This document shows positions 39,825 to 49,552 of a DNA stretch of 64,000 bases, piece after piece. The notes under the pieces are model-generated. The model saw nothing but the letters and a program-made list of their open reading frames with translations, ran no database searches and was not told where the DNA came from. Numbering within the stretch: the stretch's first letter is position 1; every line of letters begins with the position of its first letter. A program made the position numbers and the translations under genes. This DNA is from a virus, in the IMG/VR virus record IMGVR_UViG_3300005253_000455, positions 5,884 to 69,883 of that record; one strand, written 5' to 3'.

Positions 39825-41375
39825 ATGAGAATAATGAAAGCAGCCACTGAGACTGTCCGACAGGAGACTTTTCAGGGCCGAGAATTTACAGTGGTTCCTG
39901 TCATTGCTCTCATTGAAGGAGTTATGCACGCGGCTAACTCATCGCAACCTGAACTTATCAAAGCCTCTGAGTTTGAGCCTGCTACCTGGAATGGTCGTCC
40001 TATTACCTTTGGGCACCCTGCTATAGGTGAAGTTCTAGTATCTGCAGCTGCTTCTCCTGAGGTTTTCGAGAAGGTAGCAGTTGGAACAATCTTCAACGCA
40101 ACAATCATTAATGGTCAGAAGCTTCGGGTTGAGGCTTGGATTGATAATGAGAAGGTTGAAGATCAAGGAGAAGAAGCTGTTAAGGCTTTTGAAAGGCTCA
40201 AAGCAGGCGAAGCCATGGAGGTTTCCACAGGTTATTTTGCGGACACTGTTGCAGAGTCTGGCAAGTTCAATGGAGAAACTTTTGAGGCTATCCAGAAGGA
40301 TATTAAACCAGATCACTTAGCTATTCTTCTTGGAGAAGATATTGGGGCCTGTTCTCTTGAAGATGGCTGTGGAACAAACAGAGTCAATTCAATCAGCTTT
40401 GAGAATTTCATGCAAGTTTGTGATCTCTCAAAAGAGCAAGTTGAAGTAGTGATTACTACGAACCAGGCCCAAAATGGAGAGACAACTTGGTATCCAGGAA
40501 TTACTGGTTCAGTTGAACCGGCAGAAGAAAAAAACAAAAACCTTTCAAAGATTCTCGCTAATTTGGAACTAAGATATAATGGTGAAATCTCTGATATGGA
40601 TGTTCGAAGTGCTATCTCGTCAGCACTAGAAGCTAAGGGCGAGTTTTTCTGGAGTGTAGTTGCGGTGTTCCAAAGCAACTTCGTTTATGAGAAAGATTTT
40701 GGAACACTTAAAAGACGGGAGTATTCAATAGCAGAAGATGGAACGGTATCTCTTTCGGATGAAAGTGAAATCGTCCGACCTGTTACTGAATTTATACCTG
40801 TAAAAACCAATCAGGAGACAGAAATGTCAAAGAAAGATGAAATGATCAAGGATCTCATTGCAAATGAGGCAACTCAATTCGCGGAAGGTGATCGAGAATT
40901 CTTGTCTACTTTGGATGAGACCAAACTCGGAATTTTGGCTCCAGTTGTGGTTGAAGCTGAGAAAGAAGGTGAGGATGAAGAAGCTGCAAAAGCAAAAGCA
41001 GTTGCTGAGGCCAAAACTGAAACCGAGGAAGAAAAAGAATCTCAAGAGGTGAAAGATCCTGTGACAACTGAAGAATTCATCGCAGGTGCTCCTGAAGAGA
41101 TTCAAGAAGTTCTGAACCAAGGAGTAAGGTTGCAGAAAAAGCAACGTTCAACCTTTGTGAAAGCTATCACGAGTAATCAAGCTTCTGGTTTCACCGAAGA
41201 AGATTTGAAAGATTACTCAATGGAGCATCTTGAGAAACTGGCGCGAGCAACTGCCCCGAATGATTTCTCAATAAGAAGCAATCCTGTTTCCAATTTGGAA
41301 GATGATGCAGGAAAAATTCCTTCGGCCCGACCTATCTGGGATCCGAAAGGTCAGAAAGTGAAACAAGCTTCTTAG
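39825..41375 (+). CDS. Prohead protease/scaffold (DUF2213-like)
   Basis: PITFGHP, EVSTGY, PDHLAIL, GACS..DGCG; acidic coiled C-terminus. Confidence 0.85.
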   Translation: MRIMKAATETVRQETFQGREFTVVPVIALIEGVMHAANSSQPELIKASEFEPATWNGRPITFGHPAIGEVLVSAAASPEVFEKVAVGTIFNATIINGQKLRVEAWIDNEKVEDQGEEAVKAFERLKAGEAMEVSTGYFADTVAESGKFNGETFEAIQKDIKPDHLAILLGEDIGACSLEDGCGTNRVNSISFENFMQVCDLSKEQVEVVITTNQAQNGETTWYPGITGSVEPAEEKNKNLSKILANLELRYNGEISDMDVRSAISSALEAKGEFFWSVVAVFQSNFVYEKDFGTLKRREYSIAEDGTVSLSDESEIVRPVTEFIPVKTNQETEMSKKDEMIKDLIANEATQFAEGDREFLSTLDETKLGILAPVVVEAEKEGEDEEAAKAKAVAEAKTETEEEKESQEVKDPVTTEEFIAGAPEEIQEVLNQGVRLQKKQRSTFVKAITSNQASGFTEEDLKDYSMEHLEKLARATAPNDFSIRSNPVSNLEDDAGKIPSARPIWDPKGQKVKQAS

Positions 41376-41433
41376 AACTTTTTTGAGAATTGTTCTAAGA
41401 ACTAACTAAAAATTTCTATTGGAGAACGAGAAA

Positions 41434-41880
41434 ATGGCAGATAATATGATTCAACTCAAAGGTGAATTTATCCGAAAAGAATTGGCGGCTGCGGCTGGCA
41501 TTTCTCCTGGACACCTTGTAGAACGTGATTCAAGTGGTGAGTTTGCTGTTCATTCAACCGCTTCGGGGCCGCATGGTAGTTGCTTCGCGGTTGAGAATGA
41601 ACTGGAAGGCAGTAATCCTGATGTTGACTACACTGCGGGTGAGCGTGTTCAAGTCAACTATCAGGTGAAGGGAAATGAAGTAATGGCCATTCTTGCTGCT
41701 GTTCAGAATGTGGCAATTGGAGCCTATCTCGAATCTGCTGGTGATGGAACCTTGCAAGCGCTCACAGCGCATGCTTCTGGTTCGGGGACAGATAGACAAC
41801 CTGTTGGGGTAGCTCTTGAGGCAGTTGATCTTTCTGGCTCTGGTGCTGTTGATACGCCAATCAAGATCGAAATTGTCTAA
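41434..41880 (+). CDS. Head decoration/cement protein
   Basis: Between scaffold and capsid; GAYLESAGDGTL, VALEA. Confidence 0.75.
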   Translation: MADNMIQLKGEFIRKELAAAAGISPGHLVERDSSGEFAVHSTASGPHGSCFAVENELEGSNPDVDYTAGERVQVNYQVKGNEVMAILAAVQNVAIGAYLESAGDGTLQALTAHASGSGTDRQPVGVALEAVDLSGSGAVDTPIKIEIV

Positions 41881-41948
41881 TTGATCTAACCATCTGTTTT
41901 TATATCTTCTGGGGCTGATGAAGAACTAATCATTGGAGATAAGAAAAA

Positions 41949-42947
41949 ATGCCAGAAGAAATTGTACTAAATGCTCAGATAACGAGTGCCAAAGATTTAA
42001 TGGCACAAAGTTCTACCGCGAGTATTCTCCTTGCTAATGGAATGAATGCAGAAGCATTGAGAACAAACGCTGCTCTGCGGAAAGATGAATGGGAAAGCTT
42101 CGATGAGGCTTTGATTGAAGAAGTGACCCAAAGGATGGTCGGAGTTGATGATTTGATGAGTCGTGGGCTCGTTCATAATATCCCGAATGGTATGGGTTCA
42201 ACTACCATTGAATGGGAAACCGTGGATGAGACGAGAGAAGCTGAGGTCAATATGGATGGGATTGCAAGAGCGCAATCTGACCGTCTTGACTTTCAAACGT
42301 ACAGCTTGCCTTTGCCCATCATTCACAGGGATTTCTATATCAACTCTCGCGTCTTGGCTGCTTCAAGAACTCGTGGTGAGTCTCTTGATACAACCAATAT
42401 GCGAATCGCTGCCCGCAAGGTTAGTGAGAAGGTTGAGCAGATTCTCTTTAATGGTATTTCCTATGAATTTGCTGGTGGGAATATCTATGGATATACCACC
42501 CATCCTCAAAGGAACACTGTATCTCTCGGGACAAGTTGGACTGCTTCAGGTGTTGATGGTGATGATATTTTGGAGCAAGTTTTGAGCATGATCAATGCTG
42601 CTCATGGTGATCGAATGTTTGGGCCATATATCATGTATGTCCCGACTGCTTACTGGGTGAAGCTGCTTGAGGATTTCAAGACGAATTCTGATAAGTCGAT
42701 CATGTCTCGTCTCATGGAAATCCCGACTTTGACGGATATCAAGGTAGCTGATTTCTTGACTGTTGACAACGTTCTTCTGATTCAAATGACGCAGGACGTT
42801 GTGGATATGGTAGTTGGGATGCAGCCTTCTACGGTTCAATGGGATACCCAAGGTGGGTTCTTGCTGAATTTCAAAGTGCTGACTATTATGATTCCGCGGA
42901 TAAAAAGGACTGATGCGGGACGTAGTGGTATAGTGCATTTGAGCTAA
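41949..42947 (+). CDS. Major capsid protein (HK97 fold, encapsulin/linocin-like family)
   Basis: LRKDEW, PLPIIHRDF, IYGYTTHPQRN, GPYIMYVP, GIVH. Confidence 0.88.
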   Translation: MPEEIVLNAQITSAKDLMAQSSTASILLANGMNAEALRTNAALRKDEWESFDEALIEEVTQRMVGVDDLMSRGLVHNIPNGMGSTTIEWETVDETREAEVNMDGIARAQSDRLDFQTYSLPLPIIHRDFYINSRVLAASRTRGESLDTTNMRIAARKVSEKVEQILFNGISYEFAGGNIYGYTTHPQRNTVSLGTSWTASGVDGDDILEQVLSMINAAHGDRMFGPYIMYVPTAYWVKLLEDFKTNSDKSIMSRLMEIPTLTDIKVADFLTVDNVLLIQMTQDVVDMVVGMQPSTVQWDTQGGFLLNFKVLTIMIPRIKRTDAGRSGIVHLS

Positions 42948-42971
42948 TAATCACTAGGGAGATTAAGAGCT

Positions 42972-43439
42972 ATGCCAAAGTATCGTGTTAAGCCAAACCA
43001 TAAACATTGGCACGGTGGAATCCTTTATCAAGGGAAAGTTCCTGGGAAACCAGCAGAGCATCCTGATGTATTAGACCTTGATGAAGAACGAGCTGGTAGG
43101 ATTGCAAATAAGCTGGAACTTCTTGGGGCACCTGTTCTACAAGAACTAGCTTCTGAGCAATCTAAAGTTGAAGAACCTGAGGAGAAGGCTCCAGAGACTG
43201 AATCTGAAGTTTCGGCGGTGCCTTCAGATTCGGAGCAAGCTCCGGAAGATTCAGATAAGGATTCAGAAGCACTCTCTGCGACTGAGCCTAAATCTGATAA
43301 ACCGGCAGATGAGTCTTCTCCTCTTTCTGCTATTCATATTGGTAGCGGGAAATGGAATGTCATTCGAGATGGAAGATCCATCAATGATGTTCCTCTCACT
43401 GAAGAGGTTGCAAAGGCCCTAGCTGAAGGAGGTAATTAG
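42972..43439 (+). CDS. hypothetical protein with acidic low-complexity linker
   Basis: ORF after capsid gene. Confidence 0.7.
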   Translation: MPKYRVKPNHKHWHGGILYQGKVPGKPAEHPDVLDLDEERAGRIANKLELLGAPVLQELASEQSKVEEPEEKAPETESEVSAVPSDSEQAPEDSDKDSEALSATEPKSDKPADESSPLSAIHIGSGKWNVIRDGRSINDVPLTEEVAKALAEGGN

Positions 43440-43441
43440 AG

Positions 43442-43816
43442 ATGAGTATTAGGGTTGATGAGCACGAAGTTCAGTTGATCGTCGATGTTCCTTCTGGTGA
43501 AGATATGAGTCTCTTTATTGAAGTTGCTAGTCGCTATGTTGATAATGTTTTTGCTTCAACAACGTTAACGGCTGATCAACTTCGAGACATTGAACTCTAT
43601 CTTAGTGCTCATCTTGCAACCCTGACAATTGATGGTGGCGGAGTGAGTTTGGAAAGGATAGGTTCAAGTTCCATTCAATATGCTCAGCTACAAGGCGATA
43701 AATTGTATTTGACACGCTTTGGACAACTAGCTATAATGCTTGATACAACTGGTAAGCTTGTAGCTAGTTCCAAAGAGAAAGCAAGATTCAGATCTTTTGG
43801 AGCAACGGTGTCATGA
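43442..43816 (+). CDS. Head-tail adaptor
   Basis: IELYLSAHL, TRFGQ..LDTTG typical of gp6/gp15-like adaptors. Confidence 0.75.
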   Translation: MSIRVDEHEVQLIVDVPSGEDMSLFIEVASRYVDNVFASTTLTADQLRDIELYLSAHLATLTIDGGGVSLERIGSSSIQYAQLQGDKLYLTRFGQLAIMLDTTGKLVASSKEKARFRSFGATVS

Positions 43817-43865
43817 TTGATGAATTTCCAATCTGAAAAAGAAAGAACAAACCTAGGGGCTATAT

Positions 43866-44480
43866 ATGGAATGGACAGTTCCAAAGATGTGGCCAGGGGC
43901 TACTTGTTATATTCTTGGAGGTGGCCCCTCAATGGCATATTTAGAGAAAGAAGATTTCGAGATAATCAAAAAGAAAAGAACTATTGTCACAAATAATGCT
44001 TACCAACTCGCTCCTTGGAGTGAAGTTCTTTTCTTTATGGACCATGATTGGTTCAAAAAACATGAAGTAAGTCTTGCTTCTTATCATGGTCTAAAAGTTA
44101 CTATTGCAGTTCAGATGAAAGAGGGCAAAGGTATTAAATGGCTTAAAAGAGGATCAAAGGCTATGATCTCTCTTGACCCTTGTATTGTTAATAATGGTAA
44201 TAACTCTGGACACTGTGCTGTCAATTTGGCCTACCATTTTGGTGTTAGTAAGATAATTCTTGTGGGCTTTGACATGAGAATTGTGGAAAGCAAACATAAT
44301 TACCATGATAAGCATCACCGGAAAATGAAAGATTCAATCTACCAAGATGAGTATATTCCGAATCTAGAGAGTATGAAGGAACCTCTTGAGAAGCAAAGTG
44401 TTCAGATTTTGAATGCTACTCCTGAAAGTGCCTTGAAAGCTTTTCCATTTGTTGATCTCAAAAACACAATTAACCTTTGA
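43866..44480 (+). CDS. Maf/MptE(DUF115)-like protein with CstII-type fold, putative glycosyltransferase
   Basis: ILGGGPS, IVTNN, FMD, NSG..AVNLAYHFG..KIILVGFDM, NATPES. Confidence 0.65.
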   Translation: MEWTVPKMWPGATCYILGGGPSMAYLEKEDFEIIKKKRTIVTNNAYQLAPWSEVLFFMDHDWFKKHEVSLASYHGLKVTIAVQMKEGKGIKWLKRGSKAMISLDPCIVNNGNNSGHCAVNLAYHFGVSKIILVGFDMRIVESKHNYHDKHHRKMKDSIYQDEYIPNLESMKEPLEKQSVQILNATPESALKAFPFVDLKNTINL

Positions 44481-44507
44481 TCAAAATTTGAACGAGTAGT
44501 TAAATCT

Positions 44508-45257
44508 ATGGCTAATCTAAAACCATCATTAATTAAATCATGCCTCTGTGGAAGATCAAATTTTATTCATTTCATTCACCAAAGTGATTCTTCCCAAATT
44601 CCAATCAGAGAATGTCTAGGTTGTGGAATTAAGCATCAACTTGTTCATTTGAATTATGAAGAATATCTGCAACAGTATATTTCCGATTATAGCCATTTTA
44701 CTGGAAAAGATGGTGGTGAGTTAATATCTTCAGAACGATATTTGCATGATTTTAAATTAGCAGAGATAAGATATGAATCTTATAAACCATTTCTCCCAAC
44801 CCAATCTGTTTTGCTTGATGTTGGTTCTAGTAATGGGGCCTTTGTTGATTTTATGAACCAAACAGGAATGTGTACTGCAAGAGGTCTTGAAATTTGTGAA
44901 GAATATAATAATCGAAAAGTAACTTACTCAGGAGATTTCTTAGATGTTGAATTGCAAGATGATGCATTTGATGTGATTACAATGCATGATATTCTTGAAC
45001 ATTTTGTTAATCCTAGTGATGCTTTACTAAGATGTAATAGAATATTAAGAAAGGATGGTATTCTGATAATTGACTTTCCCGACTTCTTTTCCCGTTCTGG
45101 TTTTCATCATTGGAAAGTTATTGAGCATCTTTGGATGCTTCGCTTAAAAGATCTTAGATGGTTACTCAAAAATCATGGTTTCAAGATGATCAGAATTGAT
45201 AAACCTATTCCTTCAAAGTTTGTTCTTATTTGTGGGTTTGGGGAGGAACATGAATAA
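44508..45257 (+). CDS. Class I SAM-dependent methyltransferase with N-terminal Cys motif
   Basis: CLCG..CLGCG, LLDVGSSNG, FDVITMHDILEH, LRKDGILII. Confidence 0.88.
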   Translation: MANLKPSLIKSCLCGRSNFIHFIHQSDSSQIPIRECLGCGIKHQLVHLNYEEYLQQYISDYSHFTGKDGGELISSERYLHDFKLAEIRYESYKPFLPTQSVLLDVGSSNGAFVDFMNQTGMCTARGLEICEEYNNRKVTYSGDFLDVELQDDAFDVITMHDILEHFVNPSDALLRCNRILRKDGILIIDFPDFFSRSGFHHWKVIEHLWMLRLKDLRWLLKNHGFKMIRIDKPIPSKFVLICGFGEEHE

Positions 45258-46986
45258 AAATAGAATACTCTTTGGAGCATCTTATTCTGCAATTGAACCT
45301 CTTGGCCTCCTTCACTTAGGAGGTCTTGCTCGAGATTTAGGTTGGGAGCGATCTTATCACTTAGTTAAGGATCATAATTTTGAAGACTTTTTTGAGATTG
45401 TAAATGATTATAAACCTTTTGTGGTTGGTTTTAATGTTTACACAGGTAATCATTTACAACTGAAAGAAGCCTTTGAGCATTTAAAGAAAGATTATCCCGG
45501 GATAATGATAATTGTAGGTGGCCCACATCCTACATATTTTCCAAGAGAATCTAAAATCTTTGCAGATTATGTTGTGATGAGCGAAGGCTTTTATGCTCTT
45601 AAAGGAATATTAGAAGGTAGATTTAAATCAGCTATTTGGCCACCAAGAAAATCGGAAAGATTCCCTCATCCTGATAGAAAAACCTTCTATGATCTTTACC
45701 CTGAGCATGCAAATAGTAAAATCAAAAGCATCATAACAATGACGGGTTGCCCGTACACTTGCACTTATTGCTACAACTCTTCAAAACCTGAAGATATTGA
45801 TGCACCTGAACTTTTATCTGGAGTGACAGGCCGGCTCTTTCCTAATAACATTCGACCAGTTGAAGATGTAATCAAAGAAGGGTTAGAAATAAAAGAAAAC
45901 TGGCCAACAGAAATTATCTATTGCCAAGATGATGTTCATGGAATGGATACTAAGCATTGGCTTCCTGAATTTGTAAAGGAATGGAAGTCTAAAGTTAATC
46001 TTCCTTATCATGCTCAAATGCGTTGGGAAATGACTAAAGGAGCAAATGGAACTCAAAGACTTGAAATGCTTAGAGAAGCCGGATGCTTCGGCTTGACTCT
46101 TGCTATTGAGTCTGCTGATAAAGTAATAAGAAAAGAGATTCTTTCTCGTGGAATGGATCAGAGTACAATGTTCACAGGAATGAAAAAGTTAATCGACTTT
46201 GGATTCAAGGTAAGAACTGAGCAAATTACTGGTCTGCCTTATGGAGCAACAAGTGAAATAACTCCAATGAATCTCCGAGCAGATTTAGACTTAGTTAAAT
46301 TAAATGTAGATTTGAAGAAAATAACAGGTGGCCCGACAATGGCTTGGGCGTCAACCTTTGCTCCTTATCGAGGGACTAAGCTAGGAAGCTACTGTGAAAA
46401 GATGGGTCATTATTCAGGAGATAACAGTGATGTTCCTGATACATTTTTTGAAGAATCTATTTTGCGATTCCCAAGAAAATGGGTGGGTCTAGGTCTTGAA
46501 CATTTCAAACACAATAATGAACTTTGGTTAAGTGAATCTGAACTTAGTAAATATCGAAAACAGAACGCTGAATTACGGAGGATTTTCAATTTTGTATGTC
46601 TCGTTCCACGAGGGGATGAATTGGCAGAGAATTACTTATTAACTGCTTCTGAGTTTAATTTCAATTGGCTTTCTATTTTCACAGATACTCATTTTCAAAA
46701 CTTAGCAGCTTCTGGTGACTATGAAGCTATTAAAACTCTTGATCTTTCAGAAAATTTGGAAAAACTCGGTGCTAAGAAAGATGTATCTCTCTATCTGGCT
46801 TGTTTACCGAAGGCTTCGTTGGCAGTTAGTAAAGTACAGGGATTGATTGATGAAAAATCTTTCTCAACAGCTATTCGTCATCATCTTTATGATAATGTTC
46901 TTTATAAAGATGATAATATGATTAATGAAATAGATTCATCCAGGGCATCAGATGGACGAAAAGACAACTTCAATATTAGTTCCTAG
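45250..46986 (+). CDS. Cobalamin-binding radical SAM enzyme (class B)
   Basis: EPLGLLHL, VGFN, VGGPHPT, SEG (B12 domain); GCPYTCTYC; QDD, IES, PYRGT. Confidence 0.9.
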   Translation: MNKNRILFGASYSAIEPLGLLHLGGLARDLGWERSYHLVKDHNFEDFFEIVNDYKPFVVGFNVYTGNHLQLKEAFEHLKKDYPGIMIIVGGPHPTYFPRESKIFADYVVMSEGFYALKGILEGRFKSAIWPPRKSERFPHPDRKTFYDLYPEHANSKIKSIITMTGCPYTCTYCYNSSKPEDIDAPELLSGVTGRLFPNNIRPVEDVIKEGLEIKENWPTEIIYCQDDVHGMDTKHWLPEFVKEWKSKVNLPYHAQMRWEMTKGANGTQRLEMLREAGCFGLTLAIESADKVIRKEILSRGMDQSTMFTGMKKLIDFGFKVRTEQITGLPYGATSEITPMNLRADLDLVKLNVDLKKITGGPTMAWASTFAPYRGTKLGSYCEKMGHYSGDNSDVPDTFFEESILRFPRKWVGLGLEHFKHNNELWLSESELSKYRKQNAELRRIFNFVCLVPRGDELAENYLLTASEFNFNWLSIFTDTHFQNLAASGDYEAIKTLDLSENLEKLGAKKDVSLYLACLPKASLAVSKVQGLIDEKSFSTAIRHHLYDNVLYKDDNMINEIDSSRASDGRKDNFNISS

Positions 46987-47866
46987 TGGAATTGGAGATA
47001 TCTTTTGGATAATGGCAAAGATGGAATCTTTTCTCAAAGAACAAAATATTTCTAATCCCGAAATCTTTATTCAACAAGGTAATGGGGCGGATGGGATTAT
47101 GAAACAAAGAGCTCTTCCTTTTATTGAGAAATTTTCCTTTGTAAAAGCTGGTGGTTATCTTATAACAGGGAATCAATTTCAAGCATTTAAGGATGGATAT
47201 CTCCATGATAAAGCGAATCTCTTTTACGATATTGCAGGATGTGATCTTTTTCTTACCTTTAATGGAAGCCTCAGAATGGGTAGGGAATTAGCTGATGTTT
47301 CTCCACAGTGGGAAACTAATTGGTATCCTGAAATGATTCGCTCAGATTATCAAATTCAGAAAGGAAAAGAATATAGTTCTAATTACGGCTCTTATGTAGT
47401 TGCTTACTTTGTTCCACATGGAATGTACCAAGGATGGTTAGTCCAGTTTCAAAAAGAAAAAATCTATGAATCAATGAAATCTATTGTTCGAGAAACTGGA
47501 AAGAAAATAATTCTTATTGGAGCAACTTGGGATGATACTGAATTAAAAGATTTTTTTCTCCAAAAAGCAAAACAAGATAATCTTCAAGATTCTTTTATAA
47601 ATCTAGTTGGGGAAACAAGTCTTGATGATATTCTTGCTCTCGTTGAAAATTGCAGTTTAATGTATGGGTTTCCATCTGGGGTTTCTTTCTTAGCTCCTTA
47701 CTATAAAAAGCAAACTTTGATTCTTTGGAATGATTATTTCTGTGAGGATTTTCATTGGAATTGTGTTGTTCCTGAATCAAGAACTAATTGGTATCACGCA
47801 CTTCAAACTTATAAACATGATCTTAGAGTAGTTACTAAGAAACTCTTGGAGTGCTGTGATGCTTAG
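46952..47866 (+). CDS. GT9-like glycosyltransferase
   Basis: PSGIGDIFW, ILIG, INLVGETSLDD...GFPSG. Confidence 0.75.
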   Translation: MDEKTTSILVPSGIGDIFWIMAKMESFLKEQNISNPEIFIQQGNGADGIMKQRALPFIEKFSFVKAGGYLITGNQFQAFKDGYLHDKANLFYDIAGCDLFLTFNGSLRMGRELADVSPQWETNWYPEMIRSDYQIQKGKEYSSNYGSYVVAYFVPHGMYQGWLVQFQKEKIYESMKSIVRETGKKIILIGATWDDTELKDFFLQKAKQDNLQDSFINLVGETSLDDILALVENCSLMYGFPSGVSFLAPYYKKQTLILWNDYFCEDFHWNCVVPESRTNWYHALQTYKHDLRVVTKKLLECCDA

Positions 47867-48554
47867 CTTTGAACATACTAATACTTTTCTTCTTTCCTGT
47901 GTGATGAAAAGTGGTGGAGATTTCAGTTGGGATCACGTTCGTAGATTGAAGATTGATCTTGATAAACACTTAACTTTACCTTTCATATTGTTTGTTCTTT
48001 CAGATCAAGCAATGCCAGAAGATTTATTGAAACAAAACTGTCAGTTAATTTTTCTAAGGCATAACTGGCCCGGCTGGTGGTCGAAAATTGAGTTATTTCG
48101 TTGCTTTGATGAATCGTTTTATTTTGATCTTGACACAGCTATTATTGACAATATTAATCATCTTGTTTCTTTTTCTCACAGGTTTTCTGCTCTACGTGGC
48201 TTCTATGGACGACCTTTCGGAAGTGGATTAATGGCTTGGAGTGGGAATTATAGATTTATCTATGAGGAATTTAAATTGGGGAATCCTCAAGTAATAATGA
48301 ATTATTACAGACAAAAGAAATGGGGAGATCAAGAGTTTATTGGGGCAAGAATCAAAGAGCCACTCATTTTCCAAGATCAGTTTAAAGACGAAATAGTTTC
48401 TTATAAACTCCATGTGCAAGGGAAAGAACTTCCCAAGAAAGCTAAAATAGTTTGCTTCCATGGAAAACCAAGAATCCAAGATGTGAGTGAATCATGGTTA
48501 GAACAAAAAATATATTTAAAGCCTTTGCAGGAATCGCAGTTGCTACTCTTTTAG
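47856..48554 (+). CDS. GT-A fold (GT8-like) glycosyltransferase
   Basis: GWWSKIELF, YFDLD (DxD), SGLMAW, GDQEFI, VCFHGKP. Confidence 0.85.
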   Translation: MMLSFEHTNTFLLSCVMKSGGDFSWDHVRRLKIDLDKHLTLPFILFVLSDQAMPEDLLKQNCQLIFLRHNWPGWWSKIELFRCFDESFYFDLDTAIIDNINHLVSFSHRFSALRGFYGRPFGSGLMAWSGNYRFIYEEFKLGNPQVIMNYYRQKKWGDQEFIGARIKEPLIFQDQFKDEIVSYKLHVQGKELPKKAKIVCFHGKPRIQDVSESWLEQKIYLKPLQESQLLLF

Positions 48555-48841
48555 GGTGTTCACTTTCATCTTCAGATCCTAGCTTAGCAGATTTAGAAAA
48601 ACAAAAAGAAGAAAGGCCTCTTTATATCTAGATGCACTGGGAATTTGAAGGGGCCATAGGATTAGATTCGCTCAATGAATGGGCATGGGAACATAGATGC
48701 AGAGCAATTGGTGGTATTCCTGATTGGGCAAGAATTACAGTGAAGAAAGAAAAAGAGATGCAATTTATAGCTATGGGTTGTTTTTCTCCTGATGTTCTTC
48801 AAAAGATAAAGGAAAGAAAAAGGAAGGAGGGAAGAAAATGA
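48494..48841 (+). pseudogene. Putative lipoprotein gene split by in-frame TAG
   Basis: MVRTKNIFKAFAGIAVATLLGC...YI*MHWEF; TAG at 48629-48631 is in frame with ORF 48632-48841. Confidence 0.45.
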
Positions 48842-49497
48842 CAGTTGCCACCCCAATTCTAATTACTGGTGTCCCAAGAAGTGGGACTTCTATGGTTGCT
48901 GGTTGCTTTTCTATTTCTGGTGCTTGGACTGGAGAGACTATTGGTCCAGGTAAAGATAATACTAAGGGATTCTTTGAAAACAAAAAAATAAGGAAGCAAG
49001 TAGTTAAAAGCTATTTGAGATCAAATCCATTTGATCCTATGGGCCAAATAAACTTTCCACCTTTGAGACATTCAATAGGCCCGCAAGACCATCATCATTC
49101 TTCTTTTGTGCTTAGACAAGTTAATGGAATCCTAGAAAATGAAGGATATAAAGAAGGTCCTTGGCTTTACAAAGATGCAAAACTTGCTCTTATGTGGACA
49201 CTTTGGGCTGCAACTTATAGAACTGCTAAATGGATTCTAGTGAGAAGGGATGAAAGAGAGATTACAGCCTCTTGCCTGAAAACTGGATTCATGAGAGTTC
49301 ATAATACTGAAGAGAATTGGATTGGGTGGATCAGAGAATATGAAAAAAGATTTGAGCCTTTAAAAGAAAGCTGCCAGGTCTATGAACTCTGGCACCATGA
49401 TATAGTTGATGGAAGCTTCGAACCACTTGAGGTTGCAATTAAAAGTTGTGGCTTGAATTGGGATGAAGAGAAAATCAAGGACTTTATCATTAAATAA
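48838..49497 (+). CDS. Sulfotransferase (Sulfotransfer_3-like)
   Basis: ILITGVPRSGTS, NTKGFFE, LYKDAK, ILVRRD...S. Confidence 0.85.
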   Translation: MTVATPILITGVPRSGTSMVAGCFSISGAWTGETIGPGKDNTKGFFENKKIRKQVVKSYLRSNPFDPMGQINFPPLRHSIGPQDHHHSSFVLRQVNGILENEGYKEGPWLYKDAKLALMWTLWAATYRTAKWILVRRDEREITASCLKTGFMRVHNTEENWIGWIREYEKRFEPLKESCQVYELWHHDIVDGSFEPLEVAIKSCGLNWDEEKIKDFIIK

Positions 49498-49552
49498 ATT
49501 AATGTTTATTTTCATCAAGAGTTCTTGTGAATAAAAATAATAAGGTAGTCTA

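Noticed and set aside
41949-42947. Encapsulin/bacteriocin call for the linocin-like protein
   Set aside because: Context after portal, protease and decoration genes identifies it as the major capsid protein
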